From Bilabrum cf. latius (taxonomy: Eukaryota), in the NCBI GenBank assembly GCA_965178125.1, contig OZ237735.1:744001-808000 (forward strand): a DNA stretch of 64,000 nt, in the 5' to 3' direction. The notes below the pieces were generated by a model. It worked only from the letters and a program-made list of their open reading frames with translations. It had not been told where the DNA came from and did not search any database. Shown here piece after piece: positions 1 to 13,529 of this stretch; position 1 is the first letter of the stretch, and every line of letters starts with the position of its first letter. The position numbers were made by a program, and so were the translations under genes.

Positions 1-103
1 TCCAGCCAATGGTCGCAAGCGGTCGCAACCAAGTGCCCGTTGACCTCGGCCCATTTCAGCCCATAAAACAGTATACCAAGGATAAAATACACTTCCTGTC
101 ACT

Positions 104-3100
104 ATGGAAGTCATGCGATAGCTTTCAGGGGCAACTGACTTGGACAGATTGCTGCGATTTTGGACTAAACACACCCCCGAAGGCAGCGACGGTCTGCCGC
201 TTGATTTGTTTGTTCAGGCATTTCTGTACGTTTTTGAGAGAAATGGTACATTCCAGCCTAAAGATGTCCACGTCCTACGAAGTACAGATCCTTTGATCAG
301 GTCGTAGTACCCCGATAGGTGGAAATTTGTGCTGCAAGTAATAGCTGCTTTGCTTGAAGCCTTCCGAGACATTGATGTGAACGGAGACAGTCAAATCGAG
401 TGGCATGAGCTGACAGCTTATATTGCTTAGGCTGGAGTTATTGCGCTTAAGAAGACGGCCGGCGTGTACGCGCGAGGGCAATACCAGGAAAGGAATGCAG
501 AGTGGCGTGACACTGGGGTCGACCCGCATGGACGAGGTGTAGGCTCAATATTTGTAGTCGAATGGCCATTTGAGTACGAAGGCCTCCTGTACTCTCCTAC
601 ATCCAGCTACTATCCGCATTCGGGCGGGAAAGGTCCCTGCCGATTCGACGGAACGCCTGCCATTGACCCAACAGGAGCCGTGGACTAGGGCAACCAGTCT
701 GGGGACAGCACACGTCGAGCCATCGCAATGCGCCACTAGCCCATGGAATTATTTGTAGTAGAAAGTGGCAGCACTCGCCTGCGAATCCTAGATGCAGGGT
801 CCAGAGAGGCCGCCTCGGAGCGGGGCAGGGAGCCCATCGAAGGCCTGCGGTAGATGGAGAAACTGACCTCGAGCGCGCAGCCAGCCTCCAGCGGTGCAGG
901 TGGAACGATGCCCGGTACAAAAGGCACTGAATCATTGGATGCGGAAAAGGGGGAAGATGCAGTGCACAGCAGGGCTGGATTTCACGGCAGCTCTGGTGCA
1001 GCGTCTAGTGGTGACCAGGCACAGCTCGACTTTGCCAGCTCGCAGCGACAGGTCAACAGCAAGCGCACCGGCCCGTTTGCCGATGAACGTGGCAGGCGAT
1101 CTATTCGCTACCCCGGAGCCGTGATATCTGCTTGTGCTTCGCTCCGCTTCAAGTACGAGGTCAGGGCAGACAGCCCGGCCATCGAAGTGATTGCACGGCA
1201 GGAGGCCAGCCGGCCGTCCGACGTTGTGGCGCTCCGACGATCAGCCATGGCTGGAGACCCCTCGGGTAGCACTTCCTTTGGCAGCGCCGATCTGCAAATG
1301 GCCATGCTAGGTGTGGGTGGGTCCAGAGGGATCGGCATTTCCCCGAAGGTGTACATGCCCACGTTTGAAGATACCATGCGGATGCTGGCGCCGTCTGCGA
1401 ATCTAGTGGCCTCCGTCACGAGCCACGGAGCCAGGGCCGGCGGTGCAGATGGTGGCACATCCGAGCAAGGGCAGAGAGGCGGTGGGCTGATGACCGAGGC
1501 TCTGGAAGCGGCCGCACATCTGCGCAGGAGAAGGAGGCTGGAACAGCAAGGAAAATAGCTGGGGTTACTCACCGATGCTGGTGGAGACGGCATAGGAAAG
1601 AGCCGGGGTTCCAAGAAAGGCAGTCGGTCAGCCGCTGCTGCATCCAGGAAAAAGTAGCAACTCAAGTCGCTCTTGCGAGCATCGCAGACTCACAAGAGCG
1701 GGACCGGGGCGGGCTCAGGCGGCAACAGGTCCCAGGCCAAGCCTCCTCAAGCGGCCAAGACTTAGTCAGACCAGGCCAGTCCGTCCATCAACAGCGTCTG
1801 TCCGTTGGTTTTCCAGCCAAATTTGAATGCGGCCAGGATGCAGGCTGGTGTGGAGCCTGTCTCAATGGGGCCAATTGCTGCCCCCACCACCACCGCCACC
1901 TCCAAGCAGCAGCGGAAGCGCCTGCAGCAGCAACTGCCAAACATTGAGCGAGGCATCGCACTGGGACAGTCTGATGGCCGAATTACTCTATGGCGGCTCC
2001 CAAAGGGGGCCCACCTTCCCCTGAGTGATTCTGTCTTCGATCCGAAGGGGATCGACGCGGCTCGCAAATCGGCGTAGCAGGCGCAGCTCGCTTCCGAGGT
2101 GGACGACATCTTGAAGCGAGGTCATAGGACGGGTGAGGTGCTCGCCAGAGTGCGAGCACTGCCTGATGTCACTGCGAGCGGGGCCAAGGTTCCTCGGGGT
2201 GGTTCAGCAGAGCAGGACTAGGCCATCGACGACAAAGTCAGGGAGAGGACTGACGCCGCCCTGGCGCAGCTCATGCTCGATGCAGACTCGTCTGTCGACC
2301 CTGACTCGGAGCACAACATCTTGGATGGTGCGTCTGTAGCCAACTCCAAGCCGGTGTACCGGAACCCCTTCGTAGTGTTTGGCGTGATTCCGTTCCGCGG
2401 ACCTGTTGCGCATCTAGCGTCGGCTCTTGGGCTGCTGTACGCGAATGGTCCAGCCGAGCCTGGGTAGGTCTACGTGTACGATATCGCAACCAGAACCCAC
2501 ATTCACAAGATACAGGTGCATCCTGCACCAATCACGCAGATGCTCGCTTTGTCGCCGGGGCAGCTTGGAGTGCCTGGGCCAGTGAGAAACACGAGCTCAA
2601 CCGGAATGGACACGGGCGAGAACGGGGACAAGAAGAAGGGTTTCTTGGACGAGACGAAGACCATGAAGGATCTTCAGCGATCTTTGCGTGAAGTGATGTC
2701 GAAGCAGAGCTCGAGCAACAACGCTGATGTCGGTCCTGCGGCACTGGCCGAGGCCTTTCGGCACGCTGGGTCCATCAAACCGTCATTGGCAAAAACAGAC
2801 CGAGCAATCGCAGTGTCTGATCAAGATGCGGCCGGTCGCGGACTTCTCGTCACCGCAGGCCTGGATCGAACGCTGAGCATCCGCGAGCTGGCCCCATCTC
2901 TGGACGAGACGAGGCAGTTGTAGCGCAACAAGGCGAGGCACCTCGTCAGCAAAGCGAGACAGGCCCGGGCGCTTGAGCAGCAACGCGCTCGGCGGGCAGC
3001 TCGCATGGCACAAATGACACCAAAGAGTAGGGCGACCGCTGGCGATGGTACTGTGGAGGGTTTTGAAGACGACGATGATGGGCCGAGAGAGGCCGAAAGC

Positions 3101-6100
3101 GAGTTCGAGCGGGAGATGCGCCGTCAAGAGGAGGACATTGCTGTGTAGAAGGCTGCACAGTCCATTCCTCTCGTATCCAACGGGGGTCGTGAAATCGCGC
3201 GAGTCACACTACCTCGAGCATGCAGACAGGCCATCTTCGTCCCGCGCGGCAATTTGTTGTGTGTTGCTGGATTTGATACTGAGGCGTGGGCTTTCAGCCT
3301 TCCGTCCGGCAAGCTCGTGCTCTCTTTGCGCGGCCACCACTCTCCTCTTGTTGGCATTTCGGAGATGTGGCACGGGCGGGACTCGTTCGGGCTAGGGGGG
3401 GCCTCCTGGGGTCAGAGCCCGAAGCCCCTCTTCTTTGGAAAGCGATCCCAGGGTGCGGATTCAGGATCAGGGAACGATCCGACTGACATCGCGCTGCCTT
3501 CCTAGGTGGAGCCGAGAGTCGTCACTGTCGACGAAAGCGGCGCCTTCCGCATCTGGGACCTCACTCCAGTAGCCACTGGAGTTGCCCAGTGCATCCTCAC
3601 CTTCAGCGTGCAGACTGCTACGGGTTCGTCCCTTTCGCAGTTTGACCCGCGCGGGCTCGCGGCGGTCCGCCCAACTGGCGAGCTTATTGTTGCCGGATCT
3701 CGCCTGCACCATTTTCTCCCAATGACGTACGCGCGAGAAGATGCAGCGCCTGCACTCTGCCTCTTCAACCCAGTCACGAAGACATTCGTGGTTGCTGGTG
3801 GATCCGGCGAAGTGCAGGGCGCGACCGAGGGCGGCGGGGAGAATGAGGGTGAAGAGGACGTGGAGGAGAATCGCGGTGAGGACGCCGATGATGATGACGG
3901 GCAAGGCAAGGACAGTGCACACGCTGTCGAGGTCGAGGCAGTGGATGGGGGCGAAGGAAACGGCCCCAAGGATGACGATGCGTCAACCAAGACAAAGAAG
4001 GGTGGCAGCTTGCGGGTATTCTCAGCTGCGACTGGTGCCGAGCTGAAACCGCTGCGGTCAATCACTCGGACGCCTATCACTGCAATTGGAGCCGATGATC
4101 GCTTGCGAAAGCTCATTTTGGGGACGCAGGATGGGGGGATAACGGTCGTTAACGCAGCCAACGGTGCGCTCATGAAGCGAGCTGACATTGGTCACCGCAG
4201 GGGCAGCGAGGTGAGTGACTTGGCGTATACGGACCTAGACGGTGATAGAAGCTTCGTGACCGTCGGGTGGGATAAGTCGATGCGAGTGTACGATGAGTCG
4301 CCGCCGCACGCGTGTGTTTGTTTGCGAAGCGTGGTTGGGACGCACAAATCGGACGTGCTTGCAGTGGACTAGTGCAGGCACCCGCTGCGACTGGTAGCTT
4401 CAGGTGATGCGACAGGGCACGTGTACGTTCATGACCACGAGAGCCTCTCCGAAGAGGGTCGCTGTATCGGACACGAGGGCGAAATCACTGGGCTTAAGTT
4501 CATTCGACCGTTCCCACTCCTGCTCAGCACTGACGCCGGCGGTAACTTAGTCTTGTGGGGCGTTCGCGGGAGTGGAGACGGGCAGCAGGATTCCCCGTGC
4601 ATGGTATTCCGCAATCGGAGGGACGACAAAAGGGGCGATCTTGATAGACTCGTCCGAGTGGCTGAACAGCGCCAGCACTACTTGCGTGAGCAGCAGCAGC
4701 AACGCCGTCGCAAGGCGAGGCGCAAGCGCAACAAGGCGGGAGCATCCACAGCCAGATCCGAGGTAGACACTGCCAGAGCGGAAGAACCAGAAGTGTCTGC
4801 GCCAAAGAGTGTTAGCACAGAAAGTCTCATGCTGGGTCCCTCTGTTGCAGTCTGTTCAACCGCAGTGGGCTTCTGGCCCTTCCTAGATGACGGAAACGAT
4901 GGCATTGCGGCTGAAATGTAGACGACCAAAGACATCGTAGATGACCCGATCGAGCGGATGTGGTCAAGATCAGAGCACCCCATGATGACGGAGGAAGCAA
5001 AGTAGTGGGCAAAGGCGGGAATCAAAGCCGATCTTCCATCGGGGGCCGACGGATCCATGCGGAAAGACCCTTTCAAGGTGAAGGAGGACAATGGCGCGAG
5101 CAGTTCTGACTCCGACGAAGACGACGACAGCGCGAGTGGAACTGACGGGAAGCATGCCGCAGACGAACACAATGACAGTGGGTCGAGTGAGATGGCGAAG
5201 TCTGCAGCGGCTCGCTTCTCCCCGATGGCTCACGATCCCAAGAGACCGTGGAAGTCCAGATGCCGCCGTGATGCTCGACGAACCGTCGTCGTCGGTGACG
5301 AGGAAGGCCGCATCAAGGTACTGGACCTCTCGTGGATGCTTAAAGTCGTGGGATGCAGCCCTGTTTCGAGCGCAAACGACGTCATCGGGATCCGTCGCAG
5401 CTCCATGGTTGCGCTCACGGCAGGCAAGGACCTCAAAGAGCTCGTGGCTGCGTAGCTAGCGGCTCAAGGCCTCACACCACCGGAACAGAGCGGCGAGTCT
5501 AGGCCACCAGCGAGCAATGTATTGGACGAGCCTCTCGCTACACCTGGAAGGCCTTCGGCCCAGCGGCTGCCAAGTAGACCCGCTGGCACGGCCTCATCCT
5601 CAGGCCACAAAGGTCAGCTGGCTCACGAACGCCTGGCCGGCCGTCGGCGGCGGTCGCAACAGCTTCAGGAAAGCAGCATGATGGGGTCGATGGATGGCAG
5701 CGATAGCGCTGATCCGAGCGGCTTGGGCGGCAACTCGGGTTTGTTGCGCGGTGGTGGAGGAGACTTCGTGCCTGTGCAGTTTGGCGAGGACGATGAGGAG
5801 GACCTGATGGATGGGGCCGACGGAGAGTACATGACGGCGGGAGCCCGAGCCGCGCTGAGCGAAGGCGTGCGCCAGAATCGAGCTGGTAAGGGGGAGCTTG
5901 TCATGACAGGTCGCAAGACGCGAGCAAGGCAACGAGAGCGCCTCGCTGCTGGAGATGGCAGTGGCAGGGGTGGTACGAGCGCAAGCAGTCGAGAGCACGC
6001 TGCGAAGCGGAGTGCCGCTGCCCGTGCTGAGCAGGAAAAGATGGAGCGCATGCGTCACTTCATCCTTGCAGCTGACCGTACCCGCAGCGTGCCAGTGCTG

Positions 6101-9100
6101 GCTCAGTGGATGGCCCATCCTGGCTCCAGCGTAGTTCAGGTGCAGTGTATTGCGGATCCACCGGCGATTTGCAGCTGCTCTGCGGATGGATCGGTCAAGC
6201 TCTGGCGCCCAGATGGACTTCCCCTTGGGGCACTTCTGTATTCCCCACTCGAAGCGTACCAGATCAGGATTGGCACTATGCCTGCTACCCCTTGGCGATT
6301 TCAGCTAGACAAAGAGGTTGAGAGAAAGCGCAGGGAGGCCGAGGCTCGGCGGTTGCTGCGGGTCATGCGCCGGCGAGCTAGAGCCAGGTACGAGACCGCC
6401 AAGCGAGAGGCCGCCCGTGCCTCTGCCATGCATAAGGCGTCCACAGTGCTGGCAAAGAGAGTTCCGCAGAGTCCTCTGCTGGATGTTGCAAAGCGGTCGT
6501 CTGGTGTCGATCCTGGCAAGGTGGTGCAGGTAGAGGGTGACAGTCTAGTCAATGATTCAGCGGGTAAGCAGCTGCATGGGGAAGCAGGAGGTCCTCAAGA
6601 CAAGGGCCGCCCGAGCACAGCTGGCTCTGCAGATGAGCTAGCCAGATGGGAAGGTATCGCCAAAGAGGACTCTTTAAAGATCCAGGAAGAGAAGCTGGCC
6701 GTTCAGATGGAGCAGGAGCATGAACGAAAGGTGCAGAAGCAGCTGGAAGAAGATCGCGAGAAAGATGCTCGAATGGAGCAGCTCAAGATATCTGCTGGGC
6801 TCTCCAGGGCAGGTAGCACCCGCTCCATTGGCTTGGGTGGCTCTTCACCAGGAGGAGATGAGACTGCGAAGATGGAGGCGAGACTGACGCATTTCGAAGG
6901 CAGTTTCCGAGGCTTCGCCAAGGCGAGAGAAAAAGCCAAGAGCTTGATTCAAATTGACGAATCAAAGGCTATCCCAGATGGTGACGCACAAACCGTAAGC
7001 GCAGGCACGCTCTCTGTGGAGCCTGCACGCAAACAAGTCTCGTCAACAACCTCGATGCAGTCGGCGGGCAGCCGGAAGTACGAAACGCTCGGAGTCGCAT
7101 TGAAGCGGATGGGAAGCTCAAGGAAGAGCTTTCATCTGGGGAACAGGAATAAGAAGCACATTGCGGTGCAAAAAGCTCTTGGTGAGCTGGGTAGGCGTGG
7201 CAGTGATAGTGATGACGACGCCGACGGTGGGAGCGACTCGGACGAGTCGATGCAAGCAACGATGTTCTCACCCGACCACAAGGATGTCGTGGCAATATTT
7301 GCATCCAAATAGGCTGCCAAGGATTAGAGCGGTGCAGATGATGCCATCAAGCAGGAGAAGGAGCAGCAGGATCGCGCGGAGCAGGACCGCAAGGCCGCCT
7401 CAGGTGTATTTGACGAGCTGGTCGGCGGCAAGCGCGGCTCCCTGGACGAGGAAGCCAAGCAAGCCGCCGAAGCAATCAAGGCACTGGGCTCGGAGCGAGC
7501 AGCTGGAACCATGCTAATGACTCATCTCATGAGTGGCAATGCACCCGTCATCCACGAGCGGTACTACCCCCACCTCATGGACTCGATCTCAAAGCTGCCC
7601 AGCGGCGGTGCCGGACAGGGGGCGCCGTCGCAGAGATCATCAGAAGCCACTGCTTCAGCAACTCTGACCGCTGCAGAGGGTTTTGGTGGCCTACCAGTTC
7701 TCCCTGGTCGCCCTGGCATTCCTGGCATGCCGCTGCCAGCCGGGTTTCATGCCGGTGGCATCGAGATCGGAGGCAAGGCAGCAAGCAGCTCGGCCGATGA
7801 ATCGCTGGCCAGAGCTGCGCCCATGTCATCGTTTCTCAAGCTTCGTTTAGGCGAGATTAAGGGCACCAATACTCGCAGCAAGAAGAAAAAGAAGAAGAAG
7901 AGATCAGGTGCTGGCTCTCAAGACGGTGGCAGTCTAGCCTAGACTGCCCCAGCAGCGGTGCGCCAGCCTGGAGGAATGGGCAAGTCCAGGTCTCTGTTCG
8001 TCGGGAAAGAAGGCTCCCTGTCGCGCACGGGTACTCTTGGCCTTGGAATGCATGGGGTCACGCAGGTGAGCGAGGCAGGCGGCAGCTACTCTACAACTGA
8101 TGGGATTGATGACGTCCACGCCGTGCAAGGCATTCGAGGCAGCCATGCTTCACCACTGGGGCGTCGCGGCTTCAGGGGGGCCGACTCCGTACCTGCTCTC
8201 AAGAAGAACAACACCCTGGCGAGGTCGATGAAACGGAAAGGCACCATGAGTGCAGAGTAGCTGCCCGACCCCGGCCCACGGTCGGACTATGCTGTAGACA
8301 GGCAGGATGACAGATGGGCGCAGGAGATGTGGATCTTCAGCAAGTCTTCATACACGCTGGCAGCTAGTGCCATTCGACGATCGAAACGAGTAGAGTCCAG
8401 CAGAAAGCGCGTTCTGCTGCGATGGCTGGTGCAGGCGAGCGTGTCGGCAGGCGGCCGAGTTGACTCGCTGAAGGGCCTAGAGTCAGACCTGCTCACGCCT
8501 GTGAGGGACTTCCGCCGGAGCACGAATCGTCCGGACACTATGGATGCTATTCATGAGAGGCAGGATGCCGCAAAGGCAGGCTTCAAGCAGCTCAAGACCG
8601 GCTCCCTTACCCTGATCAGCTCGGGGGAGGCGGTCGCGCTGGAGACTGCAATTCGGCACGCCGCTGCTGAAGATCTTCGGTGCAGGCTAACCAGCCAGGC
8701 CAACTTTGCCTTGCATTTAAGAGGAAAACCTCCATCCTCGCGGACCAAAGGGCGATCTAGTCCCAAGCAGGGTTTGCCGAAGCCTGGCAGGCTTCCCTCC
8801 CTTGGCTCTGCCGGCCGAGGCGGTGTCTTGATCGGGGCATCACCATCTAGGAAACGATTAGATCCGTCGGGTGGCAAGCAAGCAACAGTCAGATTTGCCG
8901 GTATGGATGACAAGGCGCGTGATGCCGGGCACCCGAGTGACATGCACGATGGCAGCCACGATGCTGGCGATGAGGGCCTTAACGCAGAGGGCAAGCATTC
9001 GAGCGGCAGGTACAGAAGCCCCGAGGAGAGGATGGCAGTGTTGGAGCATGCAAGCAGAGCTGCTCGTAAGGCGCACGAGGCGATGACCAAGTCCGCGGAT

Positions 9101-9943
9101 CCGCTGCGGAAGCTCAAGGCAACGGCGTCCACGCCTGACGTCAAGGAGCCCGTCGCTAGGCGCGGCGAGCTGCCCGACAGGCACACCGGTCTGACAGACA
9201 GAGAGGTGCTTAAGGCTGCTAGAGTGGGTGGTATCCCTGTCGGAGAGCTTCAAGAAGCCTATTTGCTCTTCTCTAGACTGGACAAAGACGGCTCTGGGAC
9301 CATCGACCCGCAAGAGCTGCTGGACTCCAAGGTGTGGCTGGCCCCCAGCCAGGCCCGGGTGATTGACGAGGCTCGCGACGAGGCGGCGAGACACAGGGCA
9401 CTGGAGCATCGTATCGCGTTGGAAGACGAGCAGGCCGAGGAGGGGGAAGAGCCCAGTAGCTCTATCGGAATTAAGGATGTCTACGGCGACGCGGGGGAGC
9501 CCCCGACGGATGCATCCAGGCCGGGCATGCTCACGGCATCGTCCAGACTGGCCGAGCTCCTCTCTGCGCATGCATCGAGCATCTTCCGCTCCATGGATAC
9601 GAATGCCGACGGAGAAATCAGCCTCAAGGAGTATTTGACTGCGCTGTTCAAGTCCAAGGCGGCCCCTACGGCGGGCCCGAAGCACTCTGTGCTGGCATTC
9701 ACTGCCAAAGCCAAGGAGCGGCCAGTCGGTGGCTAGGCTAGCCCTTCTAGCCCCGCTGGGCGAGCTTCCACGAGCGGCAGGGGCTCAGCCAGCGAGAGGA
9801 AATCCAAGAAGCGACATCCGATCAGCCGCTGGGGGGGACAGCAGTCGTCGCAGCAGCGAGGCATCCGAGAGATGCTGCAGTGGGTGCGGGCGAGGCAAGC
9901 ACAGGCCTCGAAAGCAGCAAGATCTGGCATCTGGAACCAGTGA
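104..9943 (+). CDS. Large EF-hand + WD40 repeat protein (WDR49/WDR64/EFCAB8-like architecture), ~3279 aa with TAG=Gln
   Basis: One frame runs from ATG 104 to TGA 9941-9943, interrupted only by ~24 TAGs, and joins track ORFs 464, 854, 1805, 2273, 2474, 3254, 3506, 4421, 5057, 5522, 7511, 7958 and 8327. It has an N-terminal EF-hand (DIDVNGDSQIEWHEL), WD40 motifs (LRGHHSPLVG, TVDESGAFRIWD, TVGWDKSMRVYD, SCSADGSVKLW) and C-terminal EF-hands (DKDGSGTIDPQE, DTNADGEISLKE). An additional upstream exon cannot be excluded. Confidence 0.8.
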
Positions 9944-10098
9944 TGTGGCAAGAAAGCTTGCGGGGGGTTGTGTGTGGGCACAGGGGTTGATAGTCGGCGG
10001 GGCTCTTTGCGACTCGCAGAGCGATGGGGGACGTGGACCAGCCCTCGATCCCAACTATTCAGTCCTAGCAGAGCACAGTCCTATTGAAATGTTCCTAT

Positions 10099-10944
10099 TC
10101 ATGCCACGATGTGGTCGTTCGTCCAGGCCCTGCTCAAGTCCGCCAGATGGTCGTCAAAGTCCGCGAATCGGAACCGGCTAGCCTCGCTGCCGCCGGGCCC
10201 GACCGCCCCGACGCCCATAGCATCAGCGAGAAGCCGGCTACCGGCTCCTTCCTCCACGACTAGCTTGTCCTTGGGAAAGTCCCTCGGAGCTGCTCCTGCC
10301 TTGTCAACCACCGACAGTTGGAAGGCGGCTGATGTGCTGTCTGGCAGCTACTCACCGCTGGCCCCCGTTGGTGCTATACCTGAATCAATGACGCGCGCCA
10401 ATATAATCGGCTGTACCTATGAATCCTTGGGTACCATCGCCAATCCAGTACGCTTCGCGATTTTTGTGCTTTCTTCCTCTTCATCCTACACGTCTTTGGG
10501 TTCTTCGCTGGCTGCCAATCGAACACCAAGTGCCAGGGCAATTCGCTCAGCAGCATCGCGCATTGGTAGAGCTACGGAGTCAGCATAATAAACACCAACT
10601 ATGGTCTAGCCTTTACCGGTAGCCCACGCGTCAACCTGTGGTGCAGTAGGGGGGAGTTGAACGTACTTGGTGGAGGCAAAACTGAGGTGAATACGGAGCG
10701 CTTCACGGACCCATCTCACTGCAGATAAGGCTACCTCTGATATTGGTGATGAAACTGCTGTGTGAAATAGCGGGGCGCAATCGATCACCGAGGCAGCACC
10801 GCCATCAATGTTGCCAACTAGCAACCCGAGGACGCTGCCTGACGCGTGGTGCAAAGAGTGCACTATCGCCTTAGCCCATGCTACCTTAGAGAATGAACAG
10901 CTCGTTAATCTTGTTGCTCTTGCCCCTGGACCTGATCTTGCCAT
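10099..10944 (-). CDS. EMC8: ER membrane protein complex subunit 8/9 (MPN-like), ~253 aa; intron 10636-10719
   Basis: Motifs AWAKAIVHSLHH...VLGLLVG...VIDCAPLFH, IVGVYYA and C-terminal FADFDDHLADLSRAWTN match the EMC8/9 family. It has 4 in-frame TAGs, an 84 bp GTGAGA...CACAG intron and a TGA stop. Confidence 0.85.
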
Positions 10945-11096
10945 CGTAGACAGCCAATCCAGCAGGTGTAGGCTCCACTGCAATCGCCGCGCACGTTATG
11001 TTCCGCAAAACCGAGCAAGGACGGAAGGTTCTTTTTGCCTTCAGGCATTTGCTCGTAGCCAGTTTTACACCGGGGGTGGAACTTATCTTCCTAGCA

Positions 11097-13449
11097 ATGC
11101 CAACAAATGTTTAGATCATTGCTCATTTAGGAGCCTTGCTTGAGGGGAAATCCGATTCATTCAATAGTTCGGAGAATGTGAGCGCTAAACTGCGTCATTA
11201 CAGTATTCGATTCGTAGCTAGAAACTTTCGGTGTTTGAACGCGGTCGCCATTGACGCAGGACATAAGTGGTAAAGTTGATTTAAAGTAGCGGATTGCAAG
11301 ACTACCAGGAGTGCCACGCCCGGGCACAACAGTGTTAGGTCTAGAATCCGTACTCGAGCAACCTATTTCGACTGCAATTCAAAACCTTGACGGTGCCCTT
11401 GGTGGGGGCGTCTTCCCTGGAGAAGTAACAGAGATTTTTGGTGAAAGTGGGAGCGGTAAATCGCAATTCGTGTGTCAGCTCATCGCCCAAGCCAACCGAA
11501 CTGGCAAAGCAGTCGTTTTATGCCAAGGACCAGCAGCGCTAGTGCCACGACTCGCAGACATTGTTTCCAGTGATGTTCGACGCGGTATAGGATCAGGGTA
11601 TTCTCTGACAGAGATGCGGCGCAGAGGGTACTCTCACTGTCACGACCGGACACGCGAGCGGATCGAGCGCCTCGGGACAAGGCGAGACATCGAAGACAAG
11701 CAGTACGAGTGCCAGCAGCGACTAGAGGCAACGCAGCACAAGCTCGCAATCCTCCAACAACGAATTCAGAACGCCGAGTCTGAAGCTGGGGATGCAGCAG
11801 TCCTCCGGAAGCTTAGGTCCGATCACCGCAGCACGCAGCGGCAGGAGCACGCAGAGATCCGCAGGATGCAACACCTCGCGACGCAGGCCCCGCCAGCATC
11901 CGAAAGAGAGGTGGAGGTGTTGTAGTGGACCATTGATCGCATGGACGCGGGACTGTCCGACCCCTTGGATCCGGTTCAATGGGAGGTAGACAGGAGGCTG
12001 GCAGGCACGGACGTGACCAGCGCAAGGGGTTTGAGAGAGCTTGTGGATGCGCTGCAGAGCCTGTCTGCCGCCATCGACGAGGATGTAAGGAACGATTCAG
12101 CTTTATCAGGCACAGGAAAGGCTTCCCGGGCATTTTTAAAGAAGAAAAAGCTTGCTACACAGGCCAGCGCACATCCGCCCAACCCTGCTAGAGGGGCATC
12201 GCAGCAACCGATGGAACCTTCAGATGCAGCTGACCCTGCCATGGCTCGCAGCGAATCTATCGATGCTTCTGCATCTTTGGAAAACTCTCACGCTCCTGCG
12301 TCCAGATGGCCATGGGAGGCACATGGATCTTGCAATGGAACAGGCGCTGATGCTGACTCTGACCCGGTGCAGAGACTGCTGCTGTGGCCGCCAGAGCTGC
12401 CAAACCCAGCGCAGCATGCCCATACACGACCCTCAGATATCAACCTCATAGTAATTGATGGAATTGCTGCCATGGTAGCGGAGGATCTGGCCGCCACGGT
12501 GCGTTCTGGCTCGGTGCGGGGCTCTGCTGCCGCTGGAACGGGCACAGCCACGATGCGGACTCGAGAGGCATTTGGGCTCCTTGCCAGGGCGAGTGCGCTT
12601 GTGCGGCAGCTGGCAAAGTCGTACCAAGTCGCAGTTGTGATTACAAACAGTGCAGTGAGGTCTCGTCGGCACCGGGCTGGTGGCCCAGACGTGCTGCAGC
12701 CGGCCCTCGGTGCTGCCTGGGCCCATGGGATCGACACGTCTATCTAGCTGCTAGTTGACAACGTGTCCACTGATCATGACACGCGACAGAGAGTTCGGGT
12801 GGCCATGACTGGGGTCTCACTCTCGCACGTGTCGGGTGACAGGGAGGGAGGAGCCGGAACCGCACTCCAGGATCGCAAGGCGGACAAGCAGCTGCTAGCT
12901 GGCGTAGAAGGCGAGGTGCTTGAGGGAGCTGCGGTGGCTGCCTCTAGGCGGCACGGTGAGGGCGCTGGCCGAGCGGTCCTAGTATAGTAGCTTCAATCCA
13001 GGCCAAGGCTTGCCGTGGTCCGAGACTCCGGCAGGCTGCCACCGACAGCGAGCGATGTATCTGGTGGTGCCAGGGGCAGCGCGGATGTTGCGAACAGATT
13101 GGACGACTCGGAGCTCGCTTTGCCCCCAATGACGATGGCTGAGGGGGACCTCGGATCGGCAGCTGGCAGAGCTAGCGCAACTGTGCCCTCGTAGGGCCAG
13201 CCGGTGCAGGCAAGTGCATTCTTTGACGAAGACCGGCCATTCGTGAGGCTAGAACTATCCCGAGATGGTTTGCTCGATGAGCGTGGCCAGGGAGACTATG
13301 CAGGGGGCGCAGATGATATTGAAATGACAGCGTTGGCCGGTGGTAGCGACCCCGTGCCTGACTGGCTCGGGCTGCTGCCCGGTGCTGCGGCGAGCGCGGC
13401 GGCCGGTTTATCCATGCACTTGCAGCGATAGTACGATGCGAATTCGTGA
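11097..13449 (+). CDS. RAD51-paralog/RecA-family recombinase-like protein with long insertions, ~756 aa; intron 11178-11259
   Basis: ISTAIQNLDGALGGGVFPGEVTEIFGESGSGKSQ (Walker A), LIVIDGIAA (Walker B), LAKSYQVAVVITN and PALGAAWAH all lie in one frame joined across ~8 TAGs. TGA stop at 13447. The first exon is inferred from an 82 bp GTGAGC...CGCAG intron. Confidence 0.8.
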
Positions 13450-13529
13450 CTAGACTATAGCGGGTGCACTTGTGGGTTGTGATTGCAAACATGACAGCCA
13501 ATCATCCAACATGCATCTTGCAAAGAGAC

